From the NCBI GenBank assembly GCA_036172245.1, contig JAYWIR010000002.1:2418001-2482000 (forward strand): a DNA stretch of 64,000 nucleotides, in the 5' to 3' direction. Every line of letters begins with the position of its first letter. Position 1 is the first letter of the stretch. Shown piece by piece: positions 1 to 12,300 of this stretch. The position numbers and the translations under genes are program-made. Source of the stretch: Raillietiella orientalis (lineage: Eukaryota). The notes under the pieces were generated by a model, which searched no databases, was not told the DNA's origin, and was given only the letters and a program-made list of their open reading frames with translations.

Positions 1-363
1 CCCTATCGAACCGGAAGATCCACACAGGGTAATGCGCGTTGCCAGTATGTGAGGTGCATCTGGTCCCCCTCGGTGTTGAGTCACTTCCTACCCCCTCCCC
101 CGCCCGCAGGTCGACAGCTTGGGTCTCTCCGGCAGCGACCATCTAGAGGATTTCTTTCCGGGAACTGCCAACAGGTGTCGGCGCGAGCTCGGCGAGATCC
201 CCCCCTCCCCCCCTTCAGTTTTCGTAGTTGACTCACGAAACTGGAACTCGACCACGGAATACTCTGAATGTCACAGGCACACTCTTTGCACTCTTTTCAC
301 TCTTTGCAACAGTTTTCTTAAGCTATTTTTGGGGAAAAAAATTCGCTTTGCATCCCGACCTTC

Positions 364-425
<62 letters not shown>
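364..425. repeat. (ATT)n/(TAT)n microsatellite, ~20 units
   Basis: Uninterrupted tattattatt run; it causes the poly-I/poly-L stretches in ORFs 119..454 and 228..446. Confidence 0.97.
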
Positions 426-3400
426 GTGTTTTGCTTTATTTTGTGAAATCTTGAATATTTTACGGCATTCCCGATCTTCCCTTCCCAAAGCCTCGATTCC
501 CTAATTTCCGTATGCTTTGCTGATCAGTTTACGCGCCGCATAAACCAACGACATTCTTCGAGAGATTTCCAAAGGAACTTCTCCTAGAAGCGCCAACCAA
601 CCAACAAACCACGTGCGGAATGCACTGTCCGTGGGTGCAAGGAAAACCGTTGAAGAACACGAGCATCAAGTAATCCACTCCGACCACCACTCGGAACGCT
701 GCCTGCCACCTAGCTGCCGTGACGCGCGTGCACGCGCGAGCACACCTAACGGGGACCCGGGGGTCTGTCGGCGCTCTGATTCACATCTCGGGCTGCCCTT
801 GCCCAACAGAGGACAACATCGATACAAGACCCTCTTTCAGTTTTTCGAAAGGGGGGTTCCGGTGGGGGGAGGATTTTTTCTGGACGGGATGATGATGGCC
901 GGCGCCCTTGTTCTTGTGCCCCGTTGCCCTGGCGCGAGTTGGACTCCTAGGACCGGGGTCGCGGAAGAGGAAGGAGGGACGTTCGCCCGGTCGCGCTCGC
1001 TCCAAAGGAAGGAAAGCCCTCCCGCACGCGCGCTCGCGGACCGACGGACGAGATCCCCCCTCCACACTTGGTTGCGGGCTGCGGGAGCCCCCGACGAAGC
1101 GCGCCGGCGAGCCTCTGCCCTTCCCTGGGCGCTGCAGAGCACCCTAGCGGCCAGATGGAGTGCGACTCACCCCAGTTTTCGGTTCGCTTCGGCGGACGGG
1201 CCCGTGGACCATGTGGGCCGCAACGTGGGCCGCGTTGGGTGTCCGAATCCGACGACATGCCACCGAACGGTTCCGCGACAGTTGCTCTGCCGGAGTCCCC
1301 GCAAAAGTCCCCCCCTTCCGCGACTGCCGAGACAGCGTGGAAACGCGAAAGGGTGGGGGACAGGGATATGCAACCGGCAGGCGCCCCCTTTCTCCAGAAC
1401 GACTGTAGGCGTCCCAGAAACACTGCTTGCTAAACTTTGGGTAGGTGTCTTCGATAGGGCAATGTTGCTGTAAACAAACACCAATCGATATAGATGGACT
1501 CCAAGCCGCTCACATGCATCCGGCATGTAAGCAGTTTTGCTCTTTTCACACTGGAGCACTTTGTTCAGGGATTCTTCACGAGATGAAGAATTCTAAGAAC
1601 AGGGAATCCCAAACGCTTCGATATTTCGGGAACGCTTATCTGTTTACGTGGGGAGGTAAGCCTTGATTGCCTTGGTAGGGACTGAAAGCAGGTTCCCTTT
1701 TGCAAACTATTCTCTTAACTGAAGCACTAGTTGAAAAACCATCATCATTTATCACTTGATAAGCAGATACCTCCATCATGACAGTGGGAAAGACAACTCT
1801 TCTTTAGATCACAGATCATCTGCCTACAGTTCAACTTAAGAAAATGAACGCATGAGAGAATTCGGAAAGCACCAGCAGAAGCTGGAGAAAAAAAAAAAAA
1901 CAAGATGAAGGAGGACGGTAAAGAATGGATCTTTTTTTCGTAGAATCGTTTGTTTAGGATGATTTTGATCCAGTGTCTAAGGGAGGAATTATTTGTTTTG
2001 CAGATTTACGGGGATAACGCATCTTATTTGTATAGTGTACCACAACCTCTTTGGAGTTGCGAGTTCCAGGAGCACCCTTTGTTTTTAAAATCCGAGTGTT
2101 CCCACCTCGCAACAACATTTTTCAAGACCCGAAATTGTGATAGTTGATGAGAAATGGTTTCAATGCAACGGATCAATTCCTAAAATAGGGAGAACGCTTT
2201 GAACATAACTCATGGTCGGTCCAATATGTTTTGCTGCAAGGAGCAAAAAATCCTGCAATCAAAAAAGGCAAGCCCTCAGTCCCGGAGACGAGATTCACCT
2301 GAGGAAAGATTTCCACGCTTGTGTAGCGCGAGAAAGATTCACGCCGCTGTAGAAGATCAGATTTTGCAGAACCATCATGCTGCAAGGAGCGACGGAAGGC
2401 AGCGGACAAAAGCTGTTCGTGTGTTAAGTTTCACAAATCGGAGAGATCACTCGTTTGCCCACCAGGTGAAATCCCGAAAAAGATTTTGACGTAGTGGGCG
2501 AGCAAGCAGCCAAATCTTTTCCCAAGATTTGCAATTGGGCATCAGTTTTTCCTCTCCGGGAATCACAATTAAAAATCCACACGCAGCGTGGTGGAGGAAG
2601 GAGGTGGGTGCCATCATTTGGGTGGCTTGTCGCACACGGGTTCACTTGGTCCTCCCACTCGGTGATCGTTTCGTCGTGAGTCTTGTCACATCCCTTGCAG
2701 ATGCCTCAGTCATGAAACCTGCGTCCCTCACCATAGCACATTTCGCAGAGAAGAACCTGACGGAGGTCTGCAGCTTTTCGGTTTCTTGGGGCAGCGAACT
2801 CATCCTGGATGGACTGATCCGAGCACAGCGTCGTTTTGGCACCTGACCCCCAAGGGACACTCGGCGGCGATGCATTTCCAGAGGTGCAGCGTCACTTTCG
2901 CAGGGAAAAAGAGAAAAAAAACAGTGCTCACGGGCTCAACCATGACGCAGTGATTGCAAGCGGCGTAAAAATGGCGGAGGCGGAAACGAAGCGGACAGCA
3001 GTTGTTCGGGAAGAGATGGCAGCAAGGAAATCACACCGCAATCAGATTCACACGAATATATGCAAAGAGTGAGAACGACAACACTTGCGTCTCTCTTGCA
3101 CGATTGTTTACTTTTCGAAAGACTCTCATTTACACGTACATACGTATCCTGAAACAGAGAAAATATACATCCATATTTTCTTATTTTCTCGGTTTTCCGA
3201 AAGGCAAAGGAAAACCTTCCAGAGAAGGGATTCCTCAGAATTCTAAAAATTTCGTCTTTAGAGACACACCCGACTTTCAAGTGAAAAAATTAGACAGAGA
3301 GAGAGAGAGGGAGAGAAGGTTCCGTCCTAGATAAGCAGCTTCGCACCTTTGGTTCACCATAGGAATGAGGGAGACATGGCTGCAGTTGACGAGGTGTTTT

Positions 3401-4345
3401 CGTATCTTTTCTTGAGGCGCTACAGACCCGAAGGGAAGCACTTACCTGTAAATCACGGGATGTGGATGCATGCAGCAAGACGTTTGGAAACAGCCTCTTT
3501 TGGCATAATATGGGACACGTGAAGTAGCATTTTAAGGAACACTTGTAGGATCGAAAGATGCTGTGAAAGGAGGGAGAGTTGCCGGCGCAACTGATTTAAC
3601 ACCTGAATGACTACATGGAACTGAGGGTGAGGGGGGGGGAAGACATGAGATGCTGAATGAGGGTGAAGCAGCGATGATTCCTTCAAATAATAAGCGCTTC
3701 ATATCGCAAAGACTTGTTCGAAGTTACCGGGAGAAAGGAAAAGGACAATTGTCATCCTCCTTTCTCCGACGGGAAGCCTGAAATAGGGTGAAGAAACCTC
3801 GCGCAGTCAGGCTTGCCAGGCATGCTTAGGGATGTTGCTGCCTGCGCACTGGAATGAAGACGTCAAACTGGATAGCAGCGCGCTCTGCTGGAAGGCAGAA
3901 CAAAACCCCGTGCTCTCCTGTGCAGCAGAAAGAGTCGAGAGGAGAGGTCTCGAAGTATCTTTTCGTCCTCGCTATCTCTCCATCTTCCCGATGCTCAGCA
4001 TCCTTCCTACCATCGCGAATGACTTCGCACACGACTTTCCCGGAGAGGTGACGGCGGCCTCTCTTGACGGGAGCCTTCACCTTCCAACTCAACCAAGAGC
4101 CCGTTTCTAAAGTTCCGACCTCTCTGAGGTGGTTCTCCGCTTTCCCGACCCATGGAGGCGGCGGAGCCATCGTGATCGACGACGCTTTTCGTTTCCTCCC
4201 TCACCGATGCCAGCTTTATGGACCCGGTATTGGTTCGTTCCCACTCTTAGCCGATCCCTTCCATTCTCTGTGTTCCGGACCGCGGGTTCCCGGAACATTC
4301 AAGAGAATCTGCTCTCAAAGAATTATGAACATCTTTTCATTAAGG

Positions 4346-5226
4346 GACCAAAATCCCGAATGCAGAAATCTAGAAAGATCATTGAAAATCAATGCGTGTG
4401 TTTCTCATATGTGTTCATATGCATATACTTATATTTCGATTAATGTAAGTTATAAAGTTCATTGTGTACACTGATACTTACATTGACGCGGATATTAATA
4501 GACAGATTCATTTTGGCATACACATTTTTTTGTAGATATTTATTAATATACGTACTGTTAATTATAATAATACCATGCATCCGTACATTATATACATACA
4601 TTAAGTGGATATATCAATATCGTCTGATAGACGTATGCATTTATCAAACGACCAAAATCCCGAATGCCGAAATCTCGAAGGGTCATCAAAAATCAACACG
4701 TGCGCGTTTCTTATATGTATTAAAGCGTACATATGTATACCTGGATTAATGTAAGTTGACAAAAGATGACGAAAAATGAATACATATGCTTGGTAAGCAT
4801 CGCATGTTATTGCGTACATCAAATGAATGCATAAATACCGAATTGTGAACATGACATGTATTCATCAGGCGATCGAAATTCCGGAAATACAACCCATCGA
4901 TTGTTGAGGAGGTTTCCTTTGTTGCGCGTTGGGAACGACAAGGGAGGTGGGTGTGTGTGTGTGTGGGGGGAAGGGGGGTGAAATCCCCCTCCCCCCTTGG
5001 TCGAAGTGGGACCTACGGGACGTCCGGACGAGTGAAACCTGCTGTGGCATCCCTCATCACGCAGTCTCGATGACCAGGAAGGAAGGTTGGAAGTTGGGGA
5101 AGAGCCCCCTCCCCTTTTATACTGTGCCATTTGTAGCTGTTGGCTTTGAAAACAAACAGGGATGGGTGATGGGCAATCCAGAACGTATGCTAACCTACAT
5201 GTTAATGTACATAACCGAGATGCATA
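4346..5226 (+). repeat. Left arm of long near-perfect inverted repeat (~880 bp)
   Basis: gaccaaaatcccgaatgcagaaatc...ataaccgagatgcata is the reverse complement of 5983-6860; identical ORF translations appear on opposite strands (4462..4749+ = 6457..6744-; 4601..4852- = 6354..6605+). Confidence 0.97.
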
Positions 5227-5275
5227 TTTGTTTTTTGTGATCTTCCGAGATCTCGACATTCGTGACTTTGATCGT
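4648..5275. mobile_element. MITE/foldback-like unit with ~45-bp imperfect TIRs (CAAAATCCCGAATG motif)
   Basis: acgaccaaaatcccgaatgccgaaatctcgaagggtca (4648) versus reverse complement of 5230-5275 (acgatcaaagtcacgaatgtcgagatctcggaagatca); the motif recurs at 4349, 6841-6860 and ~35938. Confidence 0.45.
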
Positions 5276-5982
5276 TCGGGTCGGCACCGAAAGTACGCGC
5301 GGCCCCACCTCCCGGCAGTCAAAAGTTTTCATCCTGTGCATTCATCTGACTGCTGGCGTTTCGTTTCAGTGGGCATCCCCGGATGCGATCGGTTTTCAGC
5401 CAGGATGAGAATGGAATTTTCCCTTATCAAAGGAACAAGGATCCGGTAACAAAGCACCAAAGAGAGAAACGGGAACGAAAGAGAAGACGCCGGGTCTTTG
5501 AAAACGATCGTTAACGCGCGAGCGCCTCGGACTCTTCGCCCAACAGCGAAGTTCCGGTCCGTTCCCACCCGAGACGGAATCCTTGCAACGGGAATCCTTT
5601 CGAGAAAATCGCGCCTCCTCGATCCCTCCCCCTCTCTGTAGCACGGTCTCAGCCTTTCGCCCCCTTCTTTTGCTCCTGCCCTTTGACCCTGAGAGGAGCC
5701 GAATTTTGGATCGAGAGCACCGCGAGAAAAAAGGGGGGGGGGGGAATGAAAACGCGGCTCCCCGAAGACACACCCACGCTCTCGGGGAGCGCCTTCGTCA
5801 GCATGCGTTCCAAAGATAAGACGGACGGACAGAGAGCTGGACGTCCCCTGCACTTCGGAGCTGCCCTTCTCCCTCTCTCGGGAAAACTCCAGACCTCTCC
5901 GGGAGCTTCGCGCGCCGGTAGCTAATGGGCCGAGGAAGGCGTACAAAGCAACCGAGACGTTGCCGAGAAAGGGAGACGCAAT

Positions 5983-6860
5983 TATGCATCTCGGTTATGT
6001 ACATTAACATGTAGGTTAGCATACGTTCTGGATTGCCCATCACCCATCCCTGTTTGTTTTCAAAGCCAACAGCTACAAATGGCACAGTATAAAAGGGGAG
6101 GGGGCTCTTCCCCAAATTCCAACCTTCCTTCCTGGTCATCGAGACTGCGTGATGAGGGATGCCACAGCAGGTTTCACTCGTCCGGACGTCCCGTAGGTCC
6201 CACTTCGACCAAGGGGGGAGGGGGATTTCACCCCCCCCCCCCCACACACACACACCCACCTCCCTTGTCGTTCCCAACGCGCAACAAAGGAAACCTCCTC
6301 AACAATCGATGGGTTGTATTTCCGGAATTTCGATCGCCTGATAAATACATGTCATGTTCACAATTCGGTATTTATGCATTCATTTGATGTACGCAATAAC
6401 ATGCGATGCTTACCAAGCATATGTATTCATTTTTCGTCATCTTTTGTCAACTTACATTAATCCAGGTATACATATGTACGCTTTAATACATATAAGAAAC
6501 GCGCACGTGTTGATTTTTGATGACCCTTCGAGATTTCGGCATTCGGGATTTTGGTCGTTTGATAAATGCATACGTCTATCAGACGATATTGATATATCCA
6601 CTTAATGTATGTATATAATGTACGGATGCATGGTATTATTATAATTAACAGTACGTATATTAATAAATATCTACAAAAAAATGTGTATGCCAAAATGAAT
6701 CTGTCTATTAATATCCGCGTCAATGTAAGTATCAGTGTACACAATGAACTTTATAACTTACATTAATCGAAATATAAGTATATGCATATGAACACATATG
6801 AGAAACACACGCATTGATTTTCAATGATCTTTCTAGATTTCTGCATTCGGGATTTTGATC
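5983..6860 (-). repeat. Right arm of long inverted repeat; ~756-bp GC-rich spacer 5227-5982
   Basis: tatgcatctcggttat...ctgcattcgggattttgatc; only a few substitutions/homopolymer differences versus the left arm. Confidence 0.97.
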
Positions 6861-8795
6861 GTTGAGGTTTTTGAAGCGACCCCGTGTACTTTCGAGAAAG
6901 CGCATTCCGGAAGGCTGGTTAATGGGATTGCATCCATTTTCCTTCCCAGCATCGCAGTCGCATCGCAACAAGCGTCAAGCACGTTCCTTTCCTTCGCTCA
7001 CAGGGAGCAGCACAACGCGTTGCCATGACGCTCTTTTTCAACGTTAACCATGGTTCGACGGCATGCCGCGCTTAGTTCCTTTCACAGAGGAGGCGCACTA
7101 AGACGCGCGTTTGCACTCGGCACGATCGTTGCTAGCAACCAGATCGGCTGGTTGCTAGCGTCTCTGATCGGTTCACAGAGACGTCGAGAGCATCCGCCGT
7201 GCAGGTGAGCTGGGATTCATCGCGTTTCCGCATCCCGAAAGAGATCCGTGAGCGGAAGATTTGTTTAGCTGCACGACTTTTGTGAGCGCAGCCGCTCACC
7301 ACCGCAGCCCAAGGTTCCCTTGGAGGGTTCCAGCAAACCTACGTTCCTTAAAAAGAGGGGTCTCTCGCAATTGCGGTGCCTCGTCCCCCCTCCTTTTTTG
7401 GTTGTCACCAACGAAGATTTGTTTCACTATCTGCGCCTCTCGTTGTTACCAATCCTGCTTTTCTTCGGTTCTTCCTGAGCGTTCTTTTTGCTTCCAAAAT
7501 GCTACTCTTCCTTCTCGTGGCAGCTGTATACCATTCTCCTTTGCGATGGGAAGTCGAGCAGAGATTCCTCCGGAGCTCCCGGATGCTGCCCGCGATGTTT
7601 GGCTGAGAGTTCTTGGCCGCCTCTGATTCCGAGTGGGAGGAGGCCACCCGCTGGGCTTGCCTTCCTGGCCAGCCCAAGACTGTCGGGAGGCACGAGGGCG
7701 AGTCACACAAAGCCGCAACCGGTTCGGCCTCGGGGCCAGCTTGCTGACTCGCCTCTTTCGACAATCTGGTCAGTACCCCCCCCCCCGCGTCTCTTCCAGC
7801 ACCGAAATGCTAAGGACGTCCGGTTCCGGTTCCCCAGGGCCGGGGAACCCTGCGAGAAGGCCTCGGGGAGAGATCGAGTGCCGCCACCGCGCAGCGCCGC
7901 CTTCTCCAGGTGGGAGCCTGAGCGCAGGTACCACGTCGCGAAGAAGGCCACCAGGCTGCACAGAGCGCTCCTCTAAGTGCACGGGAGAGGAGGGCGCGGA
8001 CCCCTGGCGGCTGGACGAATGCGTGGCAGACCAGGAAGGGTGCCCGGTTCCTTGCGGGAGCGCGCGGAACCGACGAGGACTGCCCCAGCTCCGGGCTGAG
8101 GGACCTCGGAAAGGCCCTCAAGCCCTCGGTTACTCTTGCGCTCCCGCGCGAGAGTGCCCAGGGAGTGAACTAACGTCTCCAGGCGCGCGTCCACAGCCGT
8201 CGGCAAGTGCGCGTTCCGTTTCACGGCAGAGGAGTGACCTTCGAGCGTATGCGATCGAAACCAGCGACCTACACGGACTGGGGGGGGGGGGATCGCACCG
8301 GTTTCGGGAACTGAGTGCTCCCCGCTCGCTCCCAGCTCGGGTAGCCCATAGCGTTCTGTCCGCTGGCGCGCCTCTCTGTCCGGATTTCGCTCTGGCGTCC
8401 CTGCCAGTCCTTCCCGCAGGCCGCGGTCACGTTAGCTTGCCGCCGCTCTTCAGTTTCTAGCAGAACCTAAGAGCGGCAAGAAGAGAGACGGACGGCGTCC
8501 GAAGAGAGGTCTTGCGAGCGGAAGCGCGTCGCAAGACCCCATGCGGGAATTCGCGGGCATCGTCGTCGGTGGATCGGGGTCGTCCTTCTGCCCCTCCTGG
8601 CATTCGGACGAGAGCACGAAGAGCGCCGGTGAAACGGGCCAAGGGCTTCAACGAGCCAGGGGAGTGGAGAACGAAACCCTGCGCAGGGAAGGAAAGAGGG
8701 AAAGAAACCAGTGGGTCGGGTTCACGCGTCCTCGGAGAGACGCGTCGGTCACATCGAGCCCGAGGGCGCGACCCAAGACTCGTGTTGGTCGAGTT

Positions 8796-9335
8796 CCGCG
8801 CGCAGACGGCCGTGCGGCAGCGGTCTCCGCGCGCACACGCACCACGGCGCTGCGGGTTTGAATCTCGCCCGGGGCGAAAGATCGGAGCCAGAGAAATGGG
8901 CGCGTCGTGGGTTCCCAGCTCCCCTGCAAGATGATACGCCAGCTGACCGACAGGCTCCGGCGCTGCTGGAGGTAGCCGGAAACCCCGGACGCCCCATCGA
9001 GCGGCCGCTAGGATTGGGAGTCCATCCTCCGGCGTCCTTCCAGGACATCAAGGAGCACCTTGAGGTTCCCCTCCGGTCGTGCTTCGAGGGTCTCTCCTCC
9101 CTCCAGGGAAAAATCGGGAAGCGTCCCTTCGATGTTCTCTCCAGAGGAGGAAGAAACGAGGAGCGGATCCTTTCCGGGTTCCCTCTGGAGAAGAGACGGG
9201 GAGTATACCACCTCCAGAGAGAACAAGGAAGGGGTGATTCCCTTCGGGGTTCCCTCCCAAGCGTGAAAGGAACTGACCCTTTCCTCCAGTCGTCCCTGCA
9301 GGGTCCCCCCCTATAACTTGAAGAGTTACATGCGC
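8796..9335 (+). mobile_element. tRNA-derived SINE-like repeat, copy 1 (internal ~85-bp deletion)
   Basis: B-box-like gggtttgaatctc near 8853; body and tail nearly identical to reverse complement of 19105-19755. Confidence 0.7.
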
Positions 9336-12300
9336 CCTCAGGTGACGTGGACGGCGTCGAAGAGTTTCGTGAGCCCTCCGTAAGGTGGCGAACGATTCTT
9401 CAGCACTCAGTGAACCAAAGAAAAGAGAAAACCCCGGAAGGAGGGGGGAGGGAGGGAAGGGAAAGCTGGGAGGGAGCTACGAAGGCAGGCGAACAGAGAA
9501 GGAAGGAAGGATTTGTGCCGAAATTCCAGACTCGCCCGTTTGGCTCTGTGTGCCCGCCTTTCCTTGCCGCGTTTCCCGGAGCTCCCTTGCGCAGCTCGGG
9601 GTCTCCCACCTCGCGCGCGAGGAGGGACGGGGGAAAGGGGAGGAGAGGAGGGAGCATCCTTCGCATCCGATTGCTCGGGGGAGGCGGGCGCTCAGGCGGG
9701 AAAGTCTGGGGGCGGCGCCGTTCTCTTCTCTCTCGCGCGTGTCGGACGTCCGGTGTTTGCGGCAGCGCGGTGTCGAAGCCGTCGCAGGCTGCCAGGCCGC
9801 GCGGCACGGATGAGTGCGTGGGAGTCCCATCCGCCCTCCTCGATGAAAGCGAATGCCGCTCGGGTGCCCCTTTGTGCGGCGGCCGCGCGGTTCCACGGGG
9901 CGGCAGCAAGCTGGCAGAGGGGAGCGGGGGGAGGGGAACGTAAAGCAGCACACCCGACCGGAAACTGCCGGCCGGGTGATTCATCTTCGCGACGCCCCGA
10001 CTTGCTTAACAAAGCTGCGGGACCTCGCTGGGGGGAGGGGGAAGGGAGGGAAGGACCGGGTAACAGGAGGGGCTTCGCTCTGCCCATTCAGCACGCGGAA
10101 CCGGGAAACCCGCGAAGAGAAAGATAGAGAGAGACTCCGGGCGTGCAGGCAGAGCGGGGCCACCCGGGGCGTATTGTGCGGAGCGTGTAAGACCTCCGGG
10201 GTTTTGTTCGTCCTTCGAAGCGCCCACCCCAGGAACGGTGACCCTTTTCCTTTTTCCCCTTTCGCACCAACTGATGATTCGAGTGACCTTTGAGGATGAG
10301 TCCGCTGCAGCGTTTTCAGCTCATCGAAGAAACGATCTCATTCCTCGGATGTGTCAGCTGGACTGCCGCCAGCATCACATCGTTCAGATGACGCGATCCC
10401 GGCGACTGCGGAATATTTTCAGGGAGGGTCGCTTCGGCTCGTTTGGTTGTCACGAGCCCCCCAACCACGGACGCCCTGCCCTGAAAGTGGGGTGGTCACT
10501 ACGGGGAGCCCCCGTTCTACGAGGCAGATGGCCTCGCAGAACGGTCCTCTCCTCCAGGAGTCGGCCGTCCTCGCGAGCGCAAGGCGACCGAGCCCGAGAT
10601 CCACGGCCCGTTCCCTGCTGCAGGAACGCCAGGGACGAATTCCTGGATGCGTTCGTCGGTCCTCGGGAAGGTTCAGGTGGCCTCGTGTGGGGGGTACGCG
10701 GAGCGCGAGCGCTGCGGGGTGGATGCAGCTTCCTTTCCCGCCGAGGATGAAGTGGTGCAGGCCTCCGGAAATTCCCCCTTCCCCATTTTTTCCGGCTATT
10801 CGCAGATTCGTGGGACTCCCCCAAAAAGAGAGACCCCACGGTCTCCTGTGCAGCGAGGGGAGAAGATTTCGCCTTCCGGCTCCCGAGGGAGGAGCAGAAC
10901 TGTTTCTCCCGCCGCTGCACAGCCCTACACACCCCTGCCACCCTAGCAACGCTCTCGTGGTCCCGGACAAGGGGCTTTTTTCCGCGAAGCTCGCTGTAGG
11001 AGACAGAGTCCCTCGATAGCGCGATGGCGCGCCGCAAAGTATTCCCCCTTCCTCCGTGTGTTCCCGGCCAACTCCGTCGCCCGAACCAGACCGGAATGCC
11101 CGCTCACCAGGGTGTAGCAGATCAGGAGGATGATGGACTTTTCCGCGCTCAATCCGAAATTCCCGGGCATGTTTCCTCCGCGTTTGGTCTTCTCATGATG
11201 AGGACGGTTGGACCCGATCGGCTGGGAACTCGCTCCGTCGGACCCCGAGCTCCTCACAGAACGGCAGCCGGGAACTGGGCCCGCCACCGGCTCCTCGAGA
11301 TAGCACGGTTTATCTCGCTTACGACAAACACGGCAGGCAGCACCGTCGCGCCACGCTCGCTGGCGGCGCTGGGAACGTTGCCCGCCCCGCGAAGGCGCGT
11401 CCTGGGATGCAGGCGGCCGCGCAGCTGTTTATCGGCGGCTCCGTTGCGGGCGCGGTTCACCGTCGCGGAGGCGGGAAGCGGGGGGCTGAGTGGAGGAGCG
11501 ACGGGAGCGCGTCGCTGGGAGGGAAGCGAGGGAAAGGAACCACTCGAGAGGGTGTCGGTGCGGAGGCGGAGGCGGGGCGGCCGATTCATCGGGAGGGCGA
11601 AGCCGCTCCTACGCAGTGGGAGGACGCGTTTCTGCGTCAGGAGCTGCTGCTGCGGCAGAGGCAGGCAAGCGGGAGAAGGAAGGGGAAAAAGGAAGGCGTC
11701 TCGAATACGCGCTCCCGTTTGCTGGCAGGGTGGCGTTCGTCCCGGCAAGATTCTCGCCCTGCTCGGACGCATCTCTGCAGGATCCTCGCAAGCGCCACGC
11801 TGCCTATCTCTTTCTCCTCCTCCTTCCCCCCTGTTATCTCTCTCCCCCTCGACTCCTTCCCCCTCTCACGAGTCGGGAGCTCCTCAGAAAGGACAGATAA
11901 GGTCCATCTGAAAGCAGCGCGACACGGAGAACCCTTCGGACCAGCTCCTTGGCTGAATCAGGGACCTCCGCAAGACTCCGGAACACCGTAGAATGCCTCC
12001 CGCGCGCATGGAGTCCACCGAACACTCCCGGGCAAGGACAGACTCCGGGATCGGAGCTTCGAGAGCTTCCATGTCGATCCCTGCCATCCTTTCCTTTGCC
12101 CGTTTTTCTTCCTTGCGGAGAGGACAGCGTCGCAACACTGTAGAAAAGTCCGCATTTGCTTTTCAACTCTCCCTCTTCCCTTCACGGGGGAGTGGGTGGG
12201 AGAGGGGGGCTGATGCGCGCCCGTCAGACGGAGGTGTTCCTGGAGATTCCCTATCCTTCCCGATTTCAGAGTGGGTTTTCCCGTTTCCCCTGCGCGCCTC

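Noticed and set aside
10290..10420. APE endonuclease-like PADTSEE*DRFFDEL on the minus strand
   Set aside because: Single short motif with a stop; not enough to call
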